From the NCBI RefSeq assembly GCF_030684315.1, contig NC_081393.1:16425479-16489478 (forward strand): a stretch of 64,000 nucleotides of DNA, in the 5' to 3' direction. The stretch is from Stegostoma tigrinum (Eukaryota). The translations under genes were made by a program, and so were the position numbers. The notes under the pieces are model-generated. The model made no database searches. It was given only the letters and a program-made list of their open reading frames with translations, and had not been told where the DNA came from. Below, one piece after another: positions 13,536 to 26,689 of the stretch; position 1 is the first letter of the stretch; each line of letters begins with the position of its first letter.

Positions 13536-14022
13536 AATGTTTCTCTCTAGCCCAATGTTCAGAATCAATTATCTATTTTTCTATTTGCCATGTTACTCAA
13601 TCAATACATTATTTACTTCCCAAGGAAATGGGCATGGGGATCCAGAGATTCAGGACTTTTAAGAGATTTCAATTTCTGAATCTTTTATCTTCTAATTAGA
13701 AAGCTCACAAATACTGCCAATCAGAAATCTGAAGAAGACATTTTATGACATGCAGTCTTTATAAGCCATAGGTGAGGTCCATGATGCCCTAAAGATCTCA
13801 ATCAAAATATCAGCCTATTTTTTTAAGATACTGACTAACCCAGTGTAGTTCCAGCAGTTTAGCTCATCAGTTAGTCAGACATGTTAATGGAAGGTGTTGG
13901 CAGGAATTAATGCAGATTGATCAGCAAACTGACCATCCTGGAACTAGCATTACAAAACTATGGCCTTCAAGACAAAAACGGATCATCATCCAACTCACAT
14001 AGCATACTTAAATAACAACTGT

Positions 14023-14467
14023 TAATAGCGAGTTTTGAGAAGATTTGTAGCTCAGGTTGAGTTTCTGGATGTGAGTTTGCTCGCTGAGCTGGAAGGTTCA
14101 TTTTCAGACGTTTCGTCACCATTCTAGGTAACATCATTTGTGAGCCTCCGGTGAAGCGCTGGTGTTATGTCCCGCTTTCTATTTATCTGTTTAGGTTTCC
14201 TTGGGTTGGTAATGTCATTTCCTGCATTGGTGATGTCATTTCCTGTTCTTTTTCTGAGCGGGTGGTAGATGGGCTCCAAATCAATGTGTTTGTTGATGGA
14301 GTTCCGGTTGGAATGCTATGCTTCTAGGAATTCTCGTGTGGAAATAAATAGAAAGCGGGACATAACAACAGTGCTTCACCAGAGGCTCACTGATGATGTT
14401 ACCTAGAATGGTGACGCAACGTCTGAAAACGAACCTTCCAGCTCAGTGAGCAAACTCACATCCAGAA
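14023..14467. mobile_element. Penelope-like element remnant with long inverted terminal arms
   Basis: 14061-14186 is approximately the reverse complement of 14343-14467; flanked by aacaactgt at 14014-14022 and 14466-14474; arms resemble the end of the Penelope element at 46690-46860. Confidence 0.8.
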
Positions 14468-14569
14468 CAACTGTAATGTAATAAAACCTCAAGATTCCTC
14501 AGAGAAGCTCTTTAAAGCAACATTTGACCAAAACGAGGTAATAGGTCAGGTTACCAAAAGCTTGGTCAA

Positions 14570-15120
14570 CTGTTCGGCCACATTTAGAGTATAGTGTACA
14601 GTTCTGGTCACCACATTACCAAAAGGATGTGGATGCTTTGGAGAGGGTGCAGAGGAGGTTCACCAGGATGTTGCCTGGTATGGAGGGTGCTAGCTATGAA
14701 GAAAAGTTGAGTAGATCAGGATTATTTACATTAGAAAGACAGAGATTGCGGGGGGGAACCTGATTGAGGTCTACAAAATCATGAGGGGTATAGACAAGGT
14801 GGATAGCAAGAAGCTTTTTGCCCCAGAGTGGGGGACTCAAACACTAGGGGTCATGAGTTCAAAGTGAGTAGAGGAAAGTTTAAGGGAGATATGTGTGGAA
14901 AGTTCTTTATGCAGAGGGTGGTGGGTGCCTGGAATGCATTGCCACCAGAGGTGGTAGACGCAGACACATTAGTGTCTTTTAAGATGTATCTGGACTGGTA
15001 CATGGATGGGCAGGGAGCAAAGAGACCCTTAGAAAATAGATGAAACGCTTAGGCAGAGGATCTCAATCGGCGCAGGCTTGGAGGGCCGAAGGGCCTATTC
15101 CTGTGCTGTAATTTTCTTTG
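14570..15120 (+). mobile_element. CR1 LINE 3' fragment
   Basis: Encodes RPHLEYSVQFWSPH..KDVDALERVQRRFTRMLPG; ORF 14828-15043 has TRGHEFKV..FFMQRVVGAWNALP. Confidence 0.9.
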
Positions 15121-16419
15121 TTGATTTTAAGGTGCACCTTAAAGGTGGAAAGAAACAGTTTAGGGAGGTCGTTCCAAAGCTTAGGAAGATATTGGCATGC
15201 CCACCAAAGATGAAGTGGTTAACATCAAGAATGACCATAGTTACAGGAGTTCAAAGATGTCAGGTGGTTATGAGGCTGGCAGAAACCAGAGGAAAGCTCT
15301 GGAGGGATTTGAAAACAAAACCTGAGAATTGTTAAAAGTGAGGTGCTGCAGAATTGAGATCCAATGAAGTTCATGTATGATGGATGAATTGATGCAGTAC
15401 AAGTAAGGCCACAAGCACTAGAACTTTGGCTGACGTTAAATTCCCAGCATGTACAACCTGTGAATGCTTTGGAGTGGAGCTAGAGGTTAAAAAAGTGGGA
15501 ATGAAGGTTTTAGCAGCAGACTCATTGATAGAGGATGATGTAAAGGAGGTAAAGTTTTCTATTCAATCATGAAGCATGGGCATCGCTGGCCGGCCAACAT
15601 TTATTGCCTGTTTCTAGCTGCTCTTGAGAAGAGTGTGTGTGATTCGTTTTTGCCTCACTTTGGCAGGATTACAGATTCTGGGAGTGGAGTACAAGGTAGG
15701 ACAATGATCAGGGAGTTCAGACTGCCTCAGATTAAAATTTGGTTGATTTACGTCATCAGATCACCAGGATTTGTATTTTGTCTTGTTCCTGTTAGCTGTT
15801 TGCACTCAGTGGTTCTTGCTCCTTTGCTGTCACTCAGTAACGCACACCCTGAACAGGAGGGTGCACTCTCTGGTGTTTGTTACGGAGCGATAGACGGCAG
15901 AGAATTCCAGACTCGCCCTCCACTTTTTTAAAAAAACTTCAAGGAATATAAGACAAGCCTTCGCCACCTCTCTCCAGAGTTTAGGCAATTTTTTGGCTTA
16001 TATTATTCTGGTGAATCTGCACCATTTTTACAGCCCAACCCAGCACAAAATATCCTCCTTGGAAAACTGGGGACAGTGCTTGAAATTTTTATAACAGTAA
16101 TATCACCTCCACTTTTATTTTTGAGTCCTCCAAAATAAAGGTCATTACTTCATTTTTCACACTTGTCCACTCGTTCCTACTGATCTGTACATTTACAGTG
16201 ATTATTAACCACTTATCCATGATGCATAGCGTCCTTAAGTCATGTATCCAGCTTTACTGAGATTGTTACACTCAAACCGCTCCCACATTGGAGAGGAGTA
16301 AATCGATGCACAGCACCAGCTAGAGGCCTATTTAATACCTGCAGGTCACAAGGGCTAGATTCAATGCAGCTGGATGTGGAATAAATCGAGTATCTGCTCA
16401 GATGAATGGAGACAGATTA

Positions 16420-17330
16420 CATCACCTCTGCCTGGTTACCCCGATGTAGAGGGGGTCACAATGGGTACAGTGGATGCAGTATACCACATTAGCAGATGTG
16501 CAGGTGTAAGTCTTCTTGGGGCCTGGGATGGGGGTGAGGGAGGAGGTGTGGGGGCAGGTGTAGCACTTCCTGCAGTTGCAGGGAAAAGTGCCAGGTGTGG
16601 TGGGGCTGGAAGGGAGTGTGGAGCGGACAAGGGAGTCATGGAGAGAGTAGTCTCTCCGGTATCCGTTGTGGCCTCCGCTACATCGGGGAAACCAAGCGGA
16701 GACTTGGGGACCGCTTTGCAGAACAGTCATGCTCGGTTCACACTAAACAACCGCACCTCCCAGTCGCGAACCATTTCAACTCCCGCTCCCATTTCTCAGA
16801 AGACATGTCCATCCTGGGCCTCCTGCAGTGCCACAACGATGCCACCCAAAGGTTGCAGGAACAGCAACTCGTATTCCGCTTGGGAACCCTGCAGCCCAAT
16901 GGTATCATTGTGGATATCACAAACTTCAAAATCTCCCATCCCACTACCGCATCCCAAACCAGTCCAGCTCATCCCCGCCTCCCTAATCTGTTCTTCCTCT
17001 CACCTATCCATTCCTCCCACCTCAAGCCGCAGCCCCATTTCCTACCTACTAATCTCATCCCGCCTCCTTTAGTGGCTCCATATCCGCTTCTTTAAATTGT
17101 CTGTCTCCTCTCCACCTATCTTCTCCTCAATCTATCTTCAATCCGCCTCCGCTTCTCTCCCTATTTATTTCAGAACCCCCTTCCCCTCCCCCATTTCTGA
17201 AGAAGGGTGTAGGTCCAAAGCGTCAGCTTTTGAGCTCCTAAGATGCTGCTTGGCCTGCTGTGTTCATCCAGCTCTACACCTTGTTATCATCTCGGATTCT
17301 CCAGCATCTGCAGTTACTATTATCTCTGAT
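16420..17330 (+). mobile_element. Penelope-like element 3' part (GIY-YIG endonuclease) with an inverted 5' segment
   Basis: Plus-strand ORF 16595-17095 LRYIGETKRRLGDRFAE..PVANHFNS..EQQLVFRLGTLQPNG; minus-strand ORF 16422-16730 CRKCYTC..NVVYCIHCTHCDPLYIGVT. Confidence 0.88.
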
Positions 17331-19319
17331 GCACTTTTATTTTAATAATTTGAGAATTTCAGCAGTGTTGGAGTATATGTGTAATCCAGAATGCAACAAT
17401 TTAGTTTTCAATCCTGCAGTCATGCCATGAGCTCAATTCAGACTCTCAAGATTTGCTGCAATCCCAGCAGTGCATTAGCCTTCATGCAACAGGCTCTGAA
17501 TTCTATCAAGCATCCCAACGTAAATAGAGATACTAACAAAGCATTTATTCGCAAGACAGAAGTGCATACCCTGTCAACCGCCAATCAATGTCCTTTGCTC
17601 ATTAACTGGGCACTGTGCTCAAGGATCATCCACTATCATAATGTTTCCATAGCAATCATTTGTTGCTAAGGCTTATGTAACTTGTCATCATGTGTCAATG
17701 AGCAATTAGCTGAGAAATTGTAGAAAGGAACTGTTATGCAGTAAATGGATTTCAAGGCGTATCTGAAAATTTACAGTTAGCTGAAACTAAATTTCTCATT
17801 GAGAGATAACGATCCGCACAGTTGTTAAAACCATGGACTAACAACATACTGGGTGGTAGATTCAATCATTGGGGTGCATCGGGTTAGTTGATCACAACAG
17901 TCAGAGTTGGCATAATTGGCACCATCCTCTGGAAAGGACTCATCATTATATACTGAAAATGGCGCACAGCAAGAGCAGGCTCAATTGTCAGCAAATGATC
18001 CACCAGTGTCCAGTAGAAAAACTGAATGGTGGAGGTGGGGGCTGCGCATTAGTGGGAACCAGCTGAAAATTTGGGAATCATTGTTACAGCTTGGATACTC
18101 AGTAAAAATCAACCACACAGTATTGTTCAAACTAACAAAATCCACACAATGGTAAACATGGTAACAGAATCACCTCAACATCTCAGCTCCTCACACAAGG
18201 TGTAAACTGTTTTGATGAACGGTCCCAATACAAAAATCAATTTATCTCTTCTCCTTCAGGGAGAAAAAACACCAGTCATCTACTTCCAGGATTTAGACAA
18301 ATTCACTTCATCTTCTCTACTGTTTCCCTCAAAAGCCTACTCTAAATTCTCTGATCATAATTCCAGCTGTGCTCTCCTAACTTTTCTCCAATGGTCTGAC
18401 AAACATTGGAAAAAGTGTCAAGAACCCCCAAATGAATTGAGCCAGGCAAACCGAAAATGCTGCCATAGTTTGAGGTTCACTCCAAGTTGGGATCTTTATT
18501 TGATTGCTATTCCATGGCTCCTGCTGGAAGTTCCACCTCTGAGGACACCAGGGCTGAAATACTGGAGTGTCCCAACTGCTAGAGCACAGGGAGCAATCTC
18601 CACACGTACGCATTTAGCACTGGATGCCATATCAAGCCAAAAAAATGAACGAGCATGTTTTTTGTTTAACCCAACACTAATCCTGGAATTAGGGAAGTGA
18701 GTTCAAAGTTGTGGCTGTGTGCTTCATCGGGTGGCCAGGGCTACGTTCAGGCACTGTCAGCAAACTTCACTTGGTTGTTTTTCCCTTCTTATTATGCCAC
18801 ATCTTTCATGAACTCAGCATACCCCAAAATGCTTAACAGCCAATGAATTGCTTTTGGCACTACAGTCACTGTGCAGAAAGGAAGTAAGTAATTGCAAATA
18901 GTTTTTTACTGGCTCCAGGAACTCTCAATGGCAAGAGCCAAGTACCTCCCCACAGATGCACAGCTTTCTCCTCGAATCTGCGTCTTACCTGTGATAACTG
19001 CTCTTTGGCCTTGTGCAGCAGACTGCCCGAGGACACAGGCTGGCTGTTGATGAGTACAGACCTAGCTTGGAAGAGGTGAAAAGGTGTGAAGATCTCGGGC
19101 ACTTTTACGTGTAGAAAACAGGTTTTTTTTTAGGGGTTATGCCCTGGCTAAGGGAGTGGAGAGGTTGTGCTGCTAGATTTTAAAGCCTGGGAATGCACAG
19201 TCCCAGAAACCTTCTGGCAACTCTCAGGAAGTTGTCTCAAGATTCCACACATATTGTCCTACCATCCAAAGGCAGCCACATGTGTAACGCTACATCTAAA
19301 ATTCCATTAAAATGGTCGT

Positions 19320-20807
19320 TTCAAGCGAGCCAGGGAGGAGATTGCAGAGCCTTTGGCTTGGATCTTTATGTCGTCATTATGTTCAGGAATAGTGCCAGAC
19401 AACTGGAGGATAGCAAATGTTGTCCCCTTGTTCAAGAAGGGGAGGGGGAACAATCCTGGTAATTACAGACCTGTGAGCCTTACTTCAGTTGTGGGTAAAG
19501 TGTTGGAAAGGATTATAACAGATTGGATTTATAATCATCTAGAAAGGAATCATTTAATTAGGGATAGTCAACACAGTTTTGTGAAGGGTAGGTCGTGCCT
19601 TTGAGAAGGTGACCAAACAGGCGGATGAGAGTAAAGCAGCTTATGTGTTGTATATTTATTTTTAGTAAAGCATTTGATAAGGTTCCCCACGGTAGGCAAC
19701 TGCATAAGAAAACGGAGTCATGGGATTGAGGGTGATTTAGTGGTTTGGATCAAAAATTGACTAGTTGGAAGAAGACAGAGGGTGGTGGTTGATGGGAAAT
19801 GTTCATCCTGGAGTTCAGTCACTAGTAGTGTACCACAAGGGTCAGTGTTGGGTCCACTGCTGTTTGTCATTTTTATAAATGACCTGGATGAGGGCAGAGA
19901 AGGACGGGTTGGTAAATTTGCGGATGACACCAAAGTCAGTAGAGTTGTGGATAATGCAGATGGATGTAGCAGGTCACACAGAGACATAAATAAGCTGCAG
20001 AGCTGGGCTGAGAGGTGGCAAATGGAGTTTAATGCAGAAAAGTGAGAGATGATTCACTTTGGAAGGAGTAACAGGAATACAGAGTACTGGGCTAATGGTA
20101 AGATTCTCAGTAGTGTGGAAGAGCATGTCCATGTACATAGATCCCTGAAGGTTGCCACCCAGGTTGGCAGGGTTGTGAAGAAGGCGTTTGGTGTGTTAGG
20201 TTTTATTGGCAGAGGGATTGAGCTTCAGAGCCATGAGGTCATGTTGCAGCTGTACAAAACTCTGGCGCAGCCACACTTGGATTAGTGCGTACATTTCTGG
20301 TCACTGCATTATAGGAAGGATGTGGGAGCATTGGAAAGGTTGCAGAGGAGATTTACTAGGATGTTGCCTGGTATCAAGGGTAGGTCTTACGAGGAAAGGC
20401 CGAGGGACTTGAGGCTGTTTTCATTTGAGAGAAAAAGGTTAAGAGGTGACCTAATAGAGACGTACAAGATGATCAGAGGATTAAATAGGGTTGACAGTGA
20501 GAGCCTTTTTCCTTGGTTGGAAATGGCTGGCATGAGGGGACATAGCTTTAAATTGAGGGGTGATAGATACAGGACAGATGTCAGAGGTAGGTTCTTTACT
20601 CAGAGAGTAGTAAGGGCATGGAATACCCTGCCTGCAACAGTAGTAGACTCACCAAGTTTAAGGGCACTTAAATCGTCACTGGATAAACATATGGATGATA
20701 ATGGAATAGTGTAGGTTAGATGGGCTTCAGTTTGGTTTCATAGGTCAGCACAACATCGAGGGCCGAAGGGCCTGTACTGCGCTGTAGTGTTCTATCTTCT
20801 ATGTTCT
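19320..20807 (+). mobile_element. CR1 LINE, 5'-truncated (RT region to tail)
   Basis: ORFs with [49 protein letters not shown]; ttctatcttctatgttcta tail; disrupted frame. Confidence 0.93.
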
Positions 20808-21733
20808 AAGACTCAACAGAATTTGGCTACAACAATTCAGAATTTGATTTTTTTTCAAAAATTGAGGGAAATTAAAATGCAGTCTCAGTAAAAGTGATTG
20901 TTAAGCTGCCAGACTAAGTAACAATGCTATTGTTTCACCAAGTTCCCACACAGCAGGAGGTCTGCCTAAGAGACCACAGTCAATACACATTGTTAACTCT
21001 TAATTGAAAAATGACCATTCTGTCTAACTGGTGTTCATACAAGTGTCAGAATTTACAGCACAGTAACAGGCCTTCAGCCCAACAATGTGGTGTTTGAGCT
21101 TTCCTTCTATGCTCTCCACCTAACCTCAGTCAACTTTCTATATCTTTATTTTACATGCATTCATGTAGCTTCCCCTTAAATGCATCTCTGCCATTCACTT
21201 TATTTATTCCCTGTAAATTGAGCATTCCACAGTTTCATCTCTTTCAGTAACAATACTTCTCCTGAATTCGCTACTGGATTTTATTTGTAACAATCCGAGA
21301 TTAATAGCTTCTGGTCTTGGTCTCCAATTCGACAGCACAGGAGCCACTCCCTAATGTTCAAAATCTGGTTGAAATCCAGAGAAACTATGAAAGAGAAAGT
21401 CTACCTTGTTCACCTTGTTGTATGGTACAATACTGAGTTAATGAACCAAATGACAGTGGTCACCACTTGACCGGCCATTTTACTGAATTCACACTTCACC
21501 ATCTGCTTTGTTAGGGTTTCGACGTTAGCCAGAGGTTCTGGGTAACCAGTCCAGTGATATTACCATTATGTCACCCCTTCAAATAGTTATTCTGAAAATT
21601 ATTCGAACTTCCTATGCACTTAGGGAGAATATCAGCATCTTAATATTGATCAAAAATTACTGAGTCTCACTCAGCACAACTATTGTTTCCGTTCATATGA
21701 AGCTAGATCATTGAAATTAAAGTGTAATCTTAC

Positions 21734-21996
21734 CGATCTGGTTTCTCATGTGCCTGAAGCTTGAAGTTGTGCCAGTTACAAGAGGTCAAAAAACTCTGGG
21801 GTTCTGCTGAGATGCCCTGAGCCCTCCTGGTCCGAGACGGGAGTTGAGTTTTTGGGAGCACAGAATGGCACTTGTGGAGTTTAATCCTCAGATCCTGGAT
21901 CTCATGTTCTCGTTCGACAAGCTGAAGCTGCAGCTCCTGAATCTTGGCCTCCTTCAGGGCTAACAGTGCCTTGAAACCCTGCACAATCTCACTCAT
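21734..21996 (-). CDS. PRKG1: PKG I-alpha-specific first coding exon (leucine zipper, Cys43, autoinhibitory site)
   Basis: ATG at 21996; MSEIVQGFKALLALKEAKIQEL..KLHKCHSVLP..RTRRAQGISAEPQ matches the PKG I-alpha pattern; 263 nt, ends CG|gtaag (phase 2, same as the beta exon). Confidence 0.9.
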
Positions 21997-23699
21997 TTTC
22001 AACCTGTTCTGAAATGAACGCGTGAAGACTGAAAATCCTCACTGCAGAGCCAAGATCCAGACTGTGAAACGTGGACCAGGGGAGAATGTAATGGTTGGCA
22101 GGAAGAGAGAGGGGAAAGAAAAACTTGTGTAGCAGATAAGAAAGACACTAAGCCCCTATGTCACCTCCAAACCAGTATTCAAAGGCTCCACTCATCTTAT
22201 CCATTCAAGATCACCCCAAGTCATCTCCAAATGCACTGCTTGCCTTGTCGTGCGTGAGGTAGTATCAATGTTCACATCAGCAATGACGACTATTACTTTT
22301 CACAGCAACCTGCAAAACACTCGAGTTCTGTATCAGAGCCTGAATTCATACAGAATTCAAGAGCCCTTGAACTCTCAAGCTTTAAGAAAACAAAATGCAG
22401 GTCTTGGCAGGCACTGCTCCTACTAGGTTCTCGGAGGAGTGGAGAATGGAAAATCTAAGGCAAATAGTTGAGTGCAACTTCAAACAAAATTGGACCCCAT
22501 CAGATAATCTAGTACTCATTAGGCCAGGTGGCCAAAAAATTTACTTAAAAAAAAGACACAAGATTTGACACTCCTTAGGATGGTTCTTCAGTCTTACCTT
22601 TTTGGTTCAACGTTTGGTCACTTTTCCTGATTTCTACTGGCCTCATCTGGTGTCAAAACAATGTTAAAAGATTAAGCAAAGGAGATTCGAAGAGCGATTT
22701 TCTGAAGGTACATGATGTACAGAGAAAACAAAACTGTTGCAATGAGCTGACTACATAAGGACTAGTGGACACAGATGTAAGGCTTTGGGGTAGGGGCATT
22801 GAGAGGAAAAACTGTTTTAGACAGTAAAAGATAATGCCCTGGATCTCGCTGCCATCAAAGGTAATGGAAGCAGTGTCAATCAATGATTTCAAAAGAAAAG
22901 TGAATGTCCATTTGAATTAAAAACAAGGTTGCAGGGCTATTGGCATAAACCTGGAGAAACAGGACAGACTGGACTGGAGAACCAGAAAAGACTTAATGGG
23001 CTGAACAACCTTCTTCTGCATTGTGAATTACTTTATGGCCATGTTTTTATTTAGGCTGCACACCTGTGGGAAGTTTCACAACAATAAATACATCAAGCCA
23101 AATTCTTGTTGATCCCAAACCTGAAAGACAGTGTGGTTTTAGGAAGCTTTGTAGACAGAGCTTAAGCAGCTGGAAGCCAGGCTGAAAGTGCATTGCAAGC
23201 GAGATTGGGACAAGCAGAGAGGTCCAGAGCCACAGGAGGCATGAGGAGGTGACAGAGCTAGTCAAGGGCGATGCCACAGAGGGATTTGAATTTAAGCATG
23301 AGAATTTTAAAAGCAAGGCATTAATGGTAGGAGAAAGCTCACCTAAGGCAGCAAGCATAGGGATAATGGCTTAAATGGGACTTGCTGTGAGTAAGCAAAG
23401 TTTTGAGTTAACTCGAGTTTATGAAGGGTGGAAAATGGAATAACCAAGTTTGGAGAGAGAAACGCACTGGAGTTTCAGCAGGAGGACTGAGGCAGGGTCA
23501 GGAACAGGCCATATTAAAAAACGTGGAAATAGCCCTTCTGGTGCGAGCGCAGGGAAGTGGTTGAAAATTCATCCTGGGAACAAAGATGACATCTAGATTG
23601 GGAAAGGTTTGTTTGAGCTTCCAACAATATCAAGGAAGTTAAAAGCAAGGGAACGGAGCTCACAACAGTGACTGAAGTCGATAGCTTTGGTCTTCATCA

Positions 23700-24045
23700 C
23701 AGAGGGCAGAAACAGATCCTTCAGTCCAAGCCGAACTTAATGCCAAACTAAACTAGTCCCACCTGCCTGTCCCTGGCCCATATCCCTCCAAACCTTTCCT
23801 ATTCATGTACTTATCCAAATGTCTTTTAACACTGCAATTATACCTACGTCCACCATGTCCTCAAAGTTCAGTCTACATGCGAACCACTCTGCGTAAAAAA
23901 ATTGCCCCCATGTCTTTTTAAAATCTCTCTCTTCTCATCTTAAAAATACGCCCCTTGTCTTGAAATTCCCCACTCTAGGGAGAAGACAACTACCCACACC
24001 CTACAGCTCTACCCTGTATCCCTCATTATTTTATAAACTTCTATA
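23700..24045 (-). mobile_element. degraded CR1 3' fragment
   Basis: Reverse complement of CR1 3' region (ggcccatatccctc, cttatccaaatgtctttt). Confidence 0.6.
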
Positions 24046-26689
24046 TTGAATTAATGGATCTTTCTGCTCATCCAGTCCCAGAGGTCAGACAAGCAGAGTG
24101 CCAATCAGGGGTAACAGAGAGGCCACAAGAAGTGATTCTGGGAGAGTGAACACTGTTAGCTTACATGTGGACCATGTATTTTCAGATGATGGCACTGACA
24201 GGCAGCAGATAACAAGAGGAGACACGGGTCAAGGACAGATCCTCAGACAGTTTCCGAGGAAACAGAGCATGAACGGATAAGAAGGCATGATAATTAGTTC
24301 TTTGGAATGAACAACAAATCCACAAAACACTTAAGAGGAAGATCCTTTATTTATGACCGGGACATTTCTTTTCCCATAGCTACAATGCTTGTGCAACCTG
24401 CTGCGCTGATTCATGTGGATACTTGCATTGAATTCTCCAGATCTTAACCCATTGCTGTTATCTCTCCATTTTCTTTCTTCAATGCCCAACTGCAAACTTT
24501 GTTCCGATCTCACCCACCCTGTCACGCCAATTATTGTTGTAATATATTTTCAGTACATTGCCTGCCCAATTTGCTTCCATTCCATTCTCCTGCCCAGCCT
24601 TCAGCTCCCCTTAGAAATCCAATATTCCTGTTGGTGCTGTGTTTCACTTTTCAAAGGATGCACCAAAGAAGTGACTGATACTTCTTTGCCTCATCTGCTC
24701 TCTTGCCAACCTTCCTATCCCAACTATCTGGTGGAATATAATGTCAGCAACTCTCTTGCCAGTCCATTCGCTCTCCCAGTCAGTGTCAATTTTAAAAGTG
24801 GATCAAGAACTGCCTCTCAATGCAATTCCCCCCCAAATGGAGATTCAGGTCCTCTCCTTCCCTGACTTTTTCATGGATAGTTTCACCAACATCCTCACTA
24901 GGACTGTAACACGGTTCACTTGGTTAGTGACACATAGCTCCTTCTTGACGGGCATTTAAATGTTCATCATAGCTCAACTGAATCTTTATGCTTTGAATTT
25001 ACTTACCTCTTTCAACCTCTCTCCTCAAACTCTCCAATCCATATGCACAGGTGACCCATCAAGCTTTGCAATCTCTCATGGCCTATGTCCATTGCCACAA
25101 TCAGTGTCAAGGTAATCTCCAACTACTTCCCTGTATCCTTCACCTGCTCTAGAATTGATCCTTAAAAACATCTTGCACGAACCACAATTTCTATCAATTC
25201 AATATTTGCAAGACCGAAGCCATTGTATTAGGAACGGCCATCCCCTCCAATACCAACTCAATTATTTCCTTTCTGCAGATAGAAAAGCTCATTTTGATTT
25301 TGCTTCTGAGATGCATTGCACCATCTTTCTACATGCAAGGTTGTGAGATAAACAGGAGTTGATACTGTTAACTGCTTTCAAACCAGAGCAAAGGTTTAAA
25401 CTCAAAAACCATAATAATTCATCTTTGCTTTTGATTAAAAAGGAAAATCTTATCCCTTTCTAAAAATTCAATAATTCTTCACTCATACAAATGCCAGGTG
25501 TCACTTCTTCATGAGCCAACAGCATATACAATTTAATAAAGTGTGAAAATTGTCATGTAACTTTGCAGCCAAAAACAGAATTTTAATCAAATCCTGATGG
25601 AACTGACTAACTCAGTCCTTGAAGCACATTCAATCCTTCAGTCAGTAAGTCAAAACAACAAGAAACCCTCAATAAAGCCATTTCTTTAAAAACAGGAGGT
25701 TATTTAGAAATTGAGATTGGAACCAACTTTTGCACACATGGCTTGCGTGAACACAAACTCTAGCTCCCAAGTGGATCAAACTGCTTCACATTCACTTCTG
25801 GCTGCTCTACAAGCCTGCCCAACCTTCATAAGCAAATCGTTATTTAAGAACTACCCAATACTGGGAGAGGCAAGCAAACAGCTCAAAAGGTCCCTCAGGC
25901 GAGTCCAACAGATCTCGCGCATCACGTTTATGCATAATGGTGCTTACCTTCAGTATAATGTGTTCTTTGCTTCAATCCAGATTCAGTCCAGCTCCTTCTC
26001 AAAATGTGTGCACAAGTATCAACAACTTGCCAGACCAGTCAGCAGTACTCACTACTCTCTACTCTTTGGTTTGAACTTGTGACTCCTTCCTATCTGGATT
26101 AATCTATCAACAGAGACACTCATTACTGTATAGCCCTTGATTAGGTCACTCTCAGGTCTGTACCGGTCTGAAGTAAATAGACTAAGCCTTACTAGCCAAG
26201 GGTTTTTCCGGCATTCTCCTGGCTCTGCTCTGGAACTTTTCCAAGGTACAATTTCACAACTCACGTGGGATGACACTGGCTAGTTGCTGAGTTCAATCAT
26301 GTATGACACAGCAGCGACAACAGCAAGGAATCTGTTCTGGTTCGAGATCTCAGCAGAGATGATGACCTGTCACTGAAGCAAAGAAAGATGGCCTGATATA
26401 TAACACAGACGAGCTAGAACACTGCACAAACTTAAAAGGTACCAAGACTGTTGTGCAAATTATGGGAGATACTGCACCAACAAACACTGGACCAACCTAT
26501 GTCAAAGAAGAAAAATGTTGGAATATGAAGTATAATGAGATCGAAGGGGGCTTGAACATCACCAAGTTGCCCCCTCTGAAATAGGCAGATGGTGATGTAC
26601 TCACGAGTAGAAGCAAACAGATATCCTGCTGGGCTCAGCATTCTTATGAGCCATATTCCGACATTATGTCATGGCCATAAGAAACATTA

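Noticed and set aside
18212-18700. 162-aa plus-strand ORF
   Set aside because: No recognisable domain, non-ATG start, antisense within a PKG-I intron; probably chance or decayed repeat
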